Positions 26,853-33,579 of a stretch of 41,494 nt of DNA are shown here, piece after piece. Below the pieces are notes generated by a model. It searched no databases. It saw only the letters and a list, made by a program, of their open reading frames with translations, and was not told where the DNA came from. The translations under genes were made by a program, and so were the position numbers. This DNA is from a virus: IMG/VR virus record IMGVR_UViG_3300045988_005695. One strand, written 5' to 3'. Within the stretch, counting starts at the first letter, position 1. Every line of letters starts with the position of its first letter.

Positions 26853-27194
26853 ATGGATGCTGGAACCATCACGATTATCTGCGCCGTCCTCGGCTCGTCC
26901 GCGCTGACAACGGTCATTCAGGCCATCGTCGGCACAGCGCAGAAGAAGAAAACACAGGCAGACTCCCAGGGCGACCATCTGGCCGAGATCGACAAAAAGC
27001 TCGGGAAAATGCAGGAGCATCAGGACGAGCAGTATCTGGCGATCCTCCGGCTGACCATCATGTCGGAGGAAATGCCAATGGCCGAGCGCCTGATTGCCGG
27101 GCAGAAATACGTCACACTCGGCGGGAACGGCGACGTGAAGAAGTTTTTACACCAGCTGGAGGCGCAATGCGGGCATAGCAATGGAATTCAGTAA
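26853..27194 (+). CDS. N-terminally membrane-anchored protein (holin-like / lysis accessory)
   Basis: One N-terminal TM segment (ITIICAVLGSSALTTVIQAIV). First gene of the lysis region. Confidence 0.4.
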   Translation: MDAGTITIICAVLGSSALTTVIQAIVGTAQKKKTQADSQGDHLAEIDKKLGKMQEHQDEQYLAILRLTIMSEEMPMAERLIAGQKYVTLGGNGDVKKFLHQLEAQCGHSNGIQ

Positions 27195-27438
27195 AAAGTG
27201 GCTGATTTGCAGCGCGCTCGTCAGCCTCGCGCTCATCATCGCCTGCGCGGCAGGCGCAGACCTGACGGAGATCACTCTTGCGGTGCTGGCTGAAACGACG
27301 GCTTCCAGCGGGTTTTATCTCTGGAAGGCCAAGAACGAGAACCGCGCGAAGTACGCGCAGAAGTACATGGATAAATGGGCTGAAAAATACGGCCCGGAAG
27401 CGGCAGCACGCATCGCGGAGATCGTGCTGAAAGATTGA
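27181..27438 (+). CDS. Small membrane protein (holin-like)
   Basis: One or two hydrophobic segments and a charged C-terminus. Confidence 0.4.
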   Translation: MEFSKKWLICSALVSLALIIACAAGADLTEITLAVLAETTASSGFYLWKAKNENRAKYAQKYMDKWAEKYGPEAAARIAEIVLKD

Positions 27439-27450
27439 AAGGAGTTACTT

Positions 27451-27750
27451 ATGAAAAAACTGTTTATCTCTCAGCCTATGAAGGGAAAGACCAACGAGGA
27501 AATTCGGAAAGAACGTGAAGATGCGGTCTTCTGCGCAAAGGAGCTGATGGGCGATGAAATCGAAGTGATTGACAGCTTCTTTGAAAACGTTCCGGCGGAG
27601 GCAAGGCCACTGTGGTATCTTGGCGAATCGCTGAAACTGCTGTCTACGGCTGACGTTGCGTACTTCGCCTCCGGTTGGAAGAACGCCCGCGGCTGCAAGA
27701 TCGAGCATATCTGCGCGGAACAGTACGGCATCAACATCGTGGAAGCGTGA
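27451..27750 (+). CDS. DUF4406 / nucleoside 2-deoxyribosyltransferase-like protein
   Basis: LFISQPMKGKT ... LLSTADVAYFASGWKNARGCKIEHICAEQYGINIV fits the DUF4406 pattern. Confidence 0.5.
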   Translation: MKKLFISQPMKGKTNEEIRKEREDAVFCAKELMGDEIEVIDSFFENVPAEARPLWYLGESLKLLSTADVAYFASGWKNARGCKIEHICAEQYGINIVEA

Positions 27751-27765
27751 AAGGAGTAATTACAT

Positions 27766-27990
27766 ATGGAAAACATCAAGAAGCGGCTCGGCAATCTGCT
27801 GAGCGTCAAATCCATCGTTACACTTGGCCTGACCATCATCTTCGCCGTCCTCGCCCTGCGGGGCGATATCTCCGGCAAGGACTTCCTGACCATCTTCCTG
27901 ACGGTCATCACCTTCTACTTCGGCACGCAGAGCCAGAAGGTGCAGGACGCTATCGAGGGCGGAAGCACGAAGGAGGATGCGCAGAAATGA
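27766..27990 (+). CDS. Holin (two TM segments)
   Basis: 74 aa with two hydrophobic helices and a charged C-terminus. ATGA-coupled to the endolysin. Confidence 0.55.
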   Translation: MENIKKRLGNLLSVKSIVTLGLTIIFAVLALRGDISGKDFLTIFLTVITFYFGTQSQKVQDAIEGGSTKEDAQK

Positions 27991-28685
27991 GTGTCATGAA
28001 AGCGTCTGAACTCGTCAAAAAGCATATCGACGTCGCGAAAAACTACAAGACCGTCTACATGTGGGGCTGCTTCGGCTCGCCGGTGGGCGAGGGTATTATT
28101 TCCGAGAAAGCGAAGCAGTACCCGGACTGGTACACTGCAGCGAAGCAGGCCAGATACCGCGGCCTCATCGGCAAGGGATACTTTGGCTTTGACTGTGTGA
28201 ACCTGACAAAGGGCATCCTATGGGGCTGGAAGGGCGACAAGAGCGCCTACCACGGCGGCGCGCGCTATGCCGGAAACGCCGTCCCGGACGTCTCTGCCGA
28301 CGGCATGATCGCCAAGTGCAAGGACGTATCGTCCACCGGCTGGGATAAACTCGTGCCGGGCGAAGGCCTGTGGATGCCCGGGCATTGGGGCCTGTACATC
28401 GGCGACGGTCTGGCCGTTGAGTGCACGCCCATCTGGGAAGACGGCGTGCAGATCACTTGTGTTGGCAACATCGGCCTCAAAGGAGGCTACAACAGCCGCA
28501 AGTGGCAGAAACACGGGAAACTGCCGTGGGTCGACTACGACACCGAAACGGTTGACAAGACCGTCGAGGACGCCAAGAAGACCATCAAGGCAAAGGCCGG
28601 TCTCACCGACAACACCATCAAGTATCTCGCCGACTACAAGTACGGCGAAGATCTGCTGAAAAAACTGGCTGCAGCCATGAAGTAA
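27987..28685 (+). CDS. Endolysin, NlpC/P60-like cysteine peptidase
   Basis: GFDCVNLTKGILWG (Cys) and PGHWGLYIGDG (His). Start ATG at 27987. The ORF extension back to 27675 is spurious. Confidence 0.65.
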   Translation: MSVMKASELVKKHIDVAKNYKTVYMWGCFGSPVGEGIISEKAKQYPDWYTAAKQARYRGLIGKGYFGFDCVNLTKGILWGWKGDKSAYHGGARYAGNAVPDVSADGMIAKCKDVSSTGWDKLVPGEGLWMPGHWGLYIGDGLAVECTPIWEDGVQITCVGNIGLKGGYNSRKWQKHGKLPWVDYDTETVDKTVEDAKKTIKAKAGLTDNTIKYLADYKYGEDLLKKLAAAMK

Positions 28686-28698
28686 GGGGGGCGGGCCT

Positions 28699-28947
28699 AT
28701 GTCACCGCAGGCGCGCGCTAAGCTGCCGCCGGAGCTGGGCGGCCTGACGCGGAAGGACATGGAAGCCGTGATCTATCAGGCCAATCTCGGCCGCGAGAAC
28801 GCGCAGATTGCGCAGCTCTATTTCGTGGATAAGCTCCCGCAGGTTGATGTTGCGACAGAACTGTATCTCGGCCGCGCCACCGTGCAGCGGCGCTTGCCGG
28901 AGATCATGGCGAGGATGAAAGCCGCGTCCGGGAATCTCCCGAGCTGA
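28699..28947 (+). CDS. Sigma-70 region 4-like HTH protein
   Basis: NAQIAQLYFVDKLPQVDVATELYLGRATVQRRL resembles sigma region 4. Confidence 0.5.
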   Translation: MSPQARAKLPPELGGLTRKDMEAVIYQANLGRENAQIAQLYFVDKLPQVDVATELYLGRATVQRRLPEIMARMKAASGNLPS

Positions 28948-29033
28948 ACAAAAGTGATGCCGGTCTGATGCACAACTGAGGCACAAGGAATCGAAAAAAA
29001 GCCCATACTGGACACATCAAAGGAGTGTTCGGT

Positions 29034-29420
29034 ATGGGCTTTTCTTATTTCAATCCAAATCCCACCGGGCGGCAGGTCGGTGACTGCACCGTTCGAGCAA
29101 TCGCAAAGGCGACGGGAAATAGCTGGGATGAAACATATATCGGGCTGTGCTTGCAAGGCCTAATCTTGGGCGATCTTCCGAGTGCGAACAGTGTCTGGGG
29201 TGCGTACCTCCGGCAGCAGGGATTTACCCGGAACGTTGTGCCGGACACCTGCCCCGACTGCTACACGGTTGGTAAGTTTGCCGACGAGCACCCGCGTGGA
29301 ACGTATATTCTCGCCCTCTCCGGTCATGTGGTCTGCGTGCAGGATGGTGTAATTTACGACAGTTGGAACAGCGAGAACGAAATCCCGCTTTATTACTGGG
29401 TCAAAGAAACGGAGGAATAA
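29034..29420 (+). CDS. Hypothetical protein, possible papain-like Cys/His fold
   Basis: AAAGGAG RBS lies 8 nt upstream. GDCTVRAI (Cys), SGHVVCV (His) and DSWN are present. Confidence 0.4.
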   Translation: MGFSYFNPNPTGRQVGDCTVRAIAKATGNSWDETYIGLCLQGLILGDLPSANSVWGAYLRQQGFTRNVVPDTCPDCYTVGKFADEHPRGTYILALSGHVVCVQDGVIYDSWNSENEIPLYYWVKETEE

Positions 29421-29422
29421 AC

Positions 29423-29866
29423 ATGGCATATCCCTATTTCAATCCTTATTATCCGCAGCCGATGCCAGATAACCTCATGCAGATGCGGCAGATGCAGCAG
29501 CCACAGATGCAGCCCATGCAGCAGCCTATGCCGCAGCCAGTGCAACAGAACCCCATTGCGCAGGGCGGTGTGCAGTGGGTCAATGGCGAGCAAGAGGCGA
29601 GAGGTTATCTCATCGCGCCCAACTCTGCCGTTGCTCTGTGGGATTCCAGCGCGCCGACGGTGTACCTCAAACAGTCCGACGCAAGCGGCAAGCCGACGCT
29701 AAAGATTTATGACCTCGTAGAACGCGCAGAAACGGCTTCTAACGCGCCGCAAAAGCCGGGCGTGGAATTTGTCACCCGCGAGGAGTTTGACCGTCTGGCG
29801 GCGCTTGTAGGCGAAATAAAGGGCAAGAAGAAGCGCAAGGTTGAGGAGGACGAGGACGATGAATAA
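29423..29866 (+). CDS. Q/P/M-rich low-complexity protein with a globular C-terminal domain
   Basis: GGAGGA RBS. N-terminus YPQPMPDNLMQMRQMQQPQMQPMQQPMPQPVQQ. Poly-K/E tail. Confidence 0.5.
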   Translation: MAYPYFNPYYPQPMPDNLMQMRQMQQPQMQPMQQPMPQPVQQNPIAQGGVQWVNGEQEARGYLIAPNSAVALWDSSAPTVYLKQSDASGKPTLKIYDLVERAETASNAPQKPGVEFVTREEFDRLAALVGEIKGKKKRKVEEDEDDE

Positions 29867-30059
29867 TCCCTTTTTCGGTGCGCTCGGCGGCGGGAACGGC
29901 TTTATGCAAATGATGCAGCAGTTTCAGCAATTCAAGGCAAATTTTCAGGGCGACCCCAAAGCGGAGGTCGAAAAGCTCTTGCAAAGCGGCAAACTCTCGC
30001 AGGCGCAGTTAAACCAGCTACAGCAGATGGCAAAGCAATTCCAAAGTCTGATGCAATAA
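29859..30059 (+). CDS. Small Q-rich protein
   Basis: MNNPFFGALGGGNGFMQMMQQFQQFK...QLNQLQQMAKQFQSLMQ. Confidence 0.45.
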   Translation: MNNPFFGALGGGNGFMQMMQQFQQFKANFQGDPKAEVEKLLQSGKLSQAQLNQLQQMAKQFQSLMQ

Positions 30060-30142
30060 TTAAATATTTATAGCGTTTTCTTTAATTCTTTATCGTGGCC
30101 ACGATTTAGATAAAACTGACTTTAATTCAAAGGAGTGATACT

Positions 30143-30919
30143 ATGTCTCTTTCTGACGGCGGCGTTCAGGCCACTATGCCTGTTGCGCCAACCGGCATGA
30201 TGAACAGCGGCTTTGGCGGCTTCGGCGGCGATGGCGCGTGGTGGATCATCATTCTTTTCCTGTTTGTTTTCTGCGGCTGGGGAAACAACGGCTGGGGAAA
30301 CAACGGCAACAGCGGTGCTGCTGACAATTACGTCCTTGCAAGCGATTTTGCCACTCTTCAGCGCCAGATCGACAGCGCAGCATCGACGATCGAACGTAAA
30401 AGCGACATTACGCAGCAGGGCATCTGCGATGGCTTCTACTCCATGAACACTACGCTGCTGAACGGCTTTGCGGGCGTCAATCAGAACATGAACAGCGGTT
30501 TCCAGAATGCCGAGCTTTCCCGCTGCAACCAGCAGGCAGCTCTCATGCAGCAGCTCAACGCCATGCAGATGCAGGCCGCAGATTGCTGCTGCGAAAACCG
30601 TGCAGCTATCGCCCAGGTGCGCTACGACATGGCGACGCAGGCGTGCGACACGCGCAACACCGTGCAGAACGCCACGCGCGACATCATTGACGCGAACAAC
30701 CAGAACAGCCGCGCCATCCTCGACTTCCTGACGCAAAGCAAGCTGTCCGACCTCCAGACCGAGAATCAGAATCTGAAGCTGGCGGCATCTCAGGCCGCGC
30801 AGAACAACTATCTGATCTCGCAGCTGCGTCCGTGCCCTTCGCCTGCCTACATTACTTGTAACCCGTGGGCAGGCAGCGGTTACGGCGGCTGTGGCTGCAA
30901 TCAGGGTTGTGGCTGCTGA
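30143..30919 (+). CDS. Membrane protein with Gly-rich N-terminus, N/Q-rich coiled coil and Cys/Gly-rich C-terminus
   Basis: AAAGGAG RBS. GFGGFGGDGAWWIIILFLFVFCGWGNNGWGNNG is a TM segment. An internal CCC is present. The C-terminus is GSGYGGCGCNQGCGC. Confidence 0.6.
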   Translation: MSLSDGGVQATMPVAPTGMMNSGFGGFGGDGAWWIIILFLFVFCGWGNNGWGNNGNSGAADNYVLASDFATLQRQIDSAASTIERKSDITQQGICDGFYSMNTTLLNGFAGVNQNMNSGFQNAELSRCNQQAALMQQLNAMQMQAADCCCENRAAIAQVRYDMATQACDTRNTVQNATRDIIDANNQNSRAILDFLTQSKLSDLQTENQNLKLAASQAAQNNYLISQLRPCPSPAYITCNPWAGSGYGGCGCNQGCGC

Positions 30920-30988
30920 CAACTGCATAGCATAGCTTTTTCGTGACCTCACGAAAATGGTCGGCCCCGTGCCGATACTAACAACAAC

Positions 30989-31023
30989 GCGGCGGGGCAA
31001 TAGCCCTGCCGCTGTATTTTTAT
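30989..31023 (+). terminator. Rho-independent terminator
   Basis: GCGGCGGGGC-AATA-GCCCTGCCGC followed by TGTATTTTTAT. Confidence 0.6.
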
Positions 31024-31038
31024 GAAAGGAATGATTTT

Positions 31039-31461
31039 ATGGCTGAATTTACATCATCCGGGATTCAAACTGTCACCGCTGGGCAGAACGTCCCTCTGAT
31101 CTCCACGGCGGCTTGTGGAAAGCCGTGCATCGTACATCGCGAAGGCAGCGGGCTCGTTACGCTGCGCGGGCTTACGCAGCAATGCAAGGCGAAGTTCCGC
31201 GTATCATTTGGCGCGAATATCGCCGTCCCTACAGGCGGAACAGTAGGTGCCATTACCGCTGCGCTCGCAATCAACGGCGAACCTCTGAGCAGCGCCACAG
31301 CGACCGTAACCCCTGCGGCTGTTGAGAACTATTTCAACTTCTTCGTTTCCACATTCGTGGAAGTCCCGCGCGGCTGCTGCCTGACTGTAGCGGCGAAGAA
31401 CACCAGCGCGCAGGCGGTCAGTTTCGCAAATAGCAATATGATCGTCGAGCGCGTATCGTGA
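31039..31461 (+). CDS. TNF/C1q-like jelly-roll protein resembling the BclA C-terminal domain
   Basis: The alternating beta pattern, ALAINGEPLSSATATV, and the ending NSNMIVERV resemble the BclA-C family layout. No collagen repeats are present. Confidence 0.45.
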   Translation: MAEFTSSGIQTVTAGQNVPLISTAACGKPCIVHREGSGLVTLRGLTQQCKAKFRVSFGANIAVPTGGTVGAITAALAINGEPLSSATATVTPAAVENYFNFFVSTFVEVPRGCCLTVAAKNTSAQAVSFANSNMIVERVS

Positions 31462-31475
31462 AAGGAGGATGCAAT

Positions 31476-31847
31476 ATGTACGATTTGAGAAACCTGCGTG
31501 AAATGCTCTGCAAGGAGCTTGACGAAATCGCCGCCAAGCGCGAAATGTCTGTGGGAGATCTGGACGCGATCCAGAAGCTGACGAGTTCCATCAAGAATAC
31601 CTACAAGATCGAGATGGCTGAAGACGGCGGCTATTCCCGCGATAGCGAGTGGGAGGCGGATATGCGCGGTACTTACGGCCGGGGCAGCTCTTACCGTGGC
31701 CGCCGCCGTGACGCAATGGGCCGCTATACCCGCGCTGATGCCCGCGAGCATATGCGCGCGCAGCTGGACGATATGATGCGCGACGCGGATGACGATAAAA
31801 CCCGTGACGCGATCCGGCGCTGCATGGAGCAGATCGAGCGGGCATAA
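31476..31847 (+). CDS. Hypothetical charged protein (Arg/Asp-rich)
   Basis: AAAGGAGG RBS, then the ATG at 31476. Confidence 0.5.
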   Translation: MYDLRNLREMLCKELDEIAAKREMSVGDLDAIQKLTSSIKNTYKIEMAEDGGYSRDSEWEADMRGTYGRGSSYRGRRRDAMGRYTRADAREHMRAQLDDMMRDADDDKTRDAIRRCMEQIERA

Positions 31848-31858
31848 GGAGGCGCGAT

Positions 31859-32215
31859 ATGCTGGATAAAGCCGAGATCCGCAAGGAGATAGCGCGGCTG
31901 GAATATGAGGAATCCAGCTATCCAAACTATGCCAAACTCGCGAATCTGTACACGATCCGCAAGCAGATGCAGGAGGAAGAACAGGGCGCGCAAAACATAG
32001 CCGCTTTTGCTTATTCCGGCGATCCTGCACCAGCCCCTGTTTCCGAGCAGCCAGAAACAATAAGTGAGTACGGTGATAGCGATTTCCTGCGCACCGTAGC
32101 CGGAAAGGATCCTGCACGCGTCTGGCCAATCATGGACGAGTTGATGGATACAGTATTGCTTGTCAAGCGAAGCGTGTATGATTCCGTTATGCGGAAGATA
32201 TCCGATACAAGATAA
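31859..32215 (+). CDS. Hypothetical protein
   Basis: AGGAGG lies upstream. Last + strand ORF before attP. Confidence 0.5.
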   Translation: MLDKAEIRKEIARLEYEESSYPNYAKLANLYTIRKQMQEEEQGAQNIAAFAYSGDPAPAPVSEQPETISEYGDSDFLRTVAGKDPARVWPIMDELMDTVLLVKRSVYDSVMRKISDTR

Positions 32216-32219
32216 AACC

Positions 32220-32240
32220 GGTTACACTCTTATTACACTC
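32220..32240. repeat. Direct repeats GGTTACACTC / TTACACTC (candidate integrase arm sites, left)
   Basis: Two copies here and two at 32428-32449, all in the same orientation, flanking the tRNA-like core. Confidence 0.5.
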
Positions 32241-32299
32241 AAAAGCAAGAAAAACCGTTGAAATTACTGCGTTTTTTATTGAATGGGGTTCAAGAGGCC

Positions 32300-32327
32300 G
32301 CTGGTTCGAATCCAGTCACTCGGACCA
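32300..32327 (+). other. 3' fragment of a tRNA (T-arm, acceptor 3' strand, ACCA) = probable attP core
   Basis: GCTGG-TTCGAAT-CCAGT-CACTCGG-A-CCA. No matching 5' acceptor strand (CCGAGTG) occurs upstream, so this is not a complete tRNA. Confidence 0.65.
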
Positions 32328-32344
32328 ATGTAAAACGGGAAAAG

Positions 32345-32375
32345 CCCTGAAACTGCAAAGGTTTCAGGGTTTTTT
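32345..32375 (+). terminator. Rho-independent terminator downstream of the tRNA fragment
   Basis: CCCTGAAAC-TGCAAAG-GTTTCAGGG followed by TTTTTT. Confidence 0.65.
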
Positions 32376-32427
32376 CTTTTCTTCTCCGTAAAGGAAAAAT
32401 CACGCCAGATTTCGAGAAATCACGCTG

Positions 32428-32449
32428 GGTTACACTCCCGGTTACACTC
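32428..32449. repeat. Direct repeats GGTTACACTC x2 (candidate integrase arm sites, right)
   Basis: Tandem copies at 32428-32437 and 32440-32449. AAATCACGC is also repeated, at 32397 and 32417. Confidence 0.5.
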
Positions 32450-32460
32450 CACTTTTTATC

Positions 32461-33579
32461 CTAGATCGCGTTTATGATTTTCTTCAAGTCTTCCAGATTC
32501 ACGTCTTGGTAGTACCGGAGCATCTCAGGGCTTGCGTGGCCGATCAATTTCATTTTATCCTTGTCGGGCGCAACAACTTTTTTCATCAATGTCGCGAATG
32601 TGTGCCTGCATGTATGCGGCGAATATTTGTGGATTCCGTTTACCATTGGGTTTTCAATGCCGACGGCTTCTAGTGTGGGGTAAAAAACAGCGTCCCGGAA
32701 TCTATCATAGGAAAATTGGTTACCTTTTTCATCGCAGAACAACGCGCTGGACGCTTTTCCTGCGTAAAGACGATCAATAATGGGCTGGATCTTCGGGCTG
32801 ATGGGAACGACACGATTTTTTCCAGCCTCCGTTTTCGCACCACCGGTCAGCGTTTTTTTATTCGCATCGTAGCTGTCAACGCTCAGGGCCAGCAGTTCTG
32901 ACGGTCTGAAGCCGAGATAGCACATTGCATAAATATAATCCGCGAACGGAATTACGCCGACAGCGTCTCGTATTCTTTCAATCTGTTCTTGCGTAAAGCT
33001 TTCCCTCGCCGCTCCGAACTCTCCGCTGACAATCAGATATTGCCCTAAATTCAGTTCTGCGTAGCCGCGCGGAACTGCGTACTTGTACATAAGCCCTGCT
33101 AACGCTTTCATGTTTTCTTTTGTTCTTCTTCCTCTCGGGCATTCGTCCATGCATTCCTGCAAATCATCTATTTCTATATCTTCCAGTTTCCAGAACTCAA
33201 CTTGATAAAAGTATTTTTCGGCTGATTTGTAGCAATCAATTGTGGATTTCCCGGCTCTGTGAGTGGGGAGCCACATTTCGTAGAGTTCACGCCATGTAAT
33301 TGCTTTTTCACGCTTCTTCTGCCCGGCCAACATCGGCAGGTAGTCAAGCGCTTCTTTTTTTGTGCGGAATCCGCATTTCCGAGCGACAACGCGCTTTACA
33401 GATCCGTTTTCTTCTCGGTATCCCTTTGTTATTTCCGCTACCCATTTATCGTTGCGCCGGTATACCGAGCCCGTGCCGTTCCCGCGCTTTGTGGCCCTTT
33501 TTGTTTGCTGTTTTTTTCCGCACCAGCAACAGTAGGGCGCGCCGTCGGGGATTTCTTTTTTACACTTGATGCACTCCAT
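32461..33579 (-). CDS. int: Tyrosine recombinase / integrase with N-terminal zinc ribbon
   Basis: MECIKCKKEIPDGAPYCCWCG. C-terminal HTCRHTFAT ... LIGHAS ... LRYY. The ORF maximum start is 33609. Confidence 0.9.
   Translation of the reverse strand: MECIKCKKEIPDGAPYCCWCGKKQQTKRATKRGNGTGSVYRRNDKWVAEITKGYREENGSVKRVVARKCGFRTKKEALDYLPMLAGQKKREKAITWRELYEMWLPTHRAGKSTIDCYKSAEKYFYQVEFWKLEDIEIDDLQECMDECPRGRRTKENMKALAGLMYKYAVPRGYAELNLGQYLIVSGEFGAARESFTQEQIERIRDAVGVIPFADYIYAMCYLGFRPSELLALSVDSYDANKKTLTGGAKTEAGKNRVVPISPKIQPIIDRLYAGKASSALFCDEKGNQFSYDRFRDAVFYPTLEAVGIENPMVNGIHKYSPHTCRHTFATLMKKVVAPDKDKMKLIGHASPEMLRYYQDVNLEDLKKIINAI

Noticed and set aside
28994-29050. Terminator-like hairpin GCCCATAC ... GTATGGGC with flanking A and T runs.
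   Set aside because: The loop is 23 nt and contains the RBS. The 3' arm contains the start codon of the 29034 gene, and the T run is coding. It may modulate translation but is unlikely to be an efficient terminator.
29440-29545. CAG/ATG-rich quasi-repeats resembling a microsatellite.
   Set aside because: The repeats are imperfect and in frame, encoding the Q/M/P-rich region. There is no exact tandem unit that would suggest slippage-based phase variation.
32236-32327. A complete tRNA gene.
   Set aside because: Only the T-arm and the 3' acceptor strand are present. The complementary 5' acceptor strand (CCGAGTG) and a D-arm and anticodon arm are absent upstream. I interpreted this as the attP copy of a tRNA 3' end.
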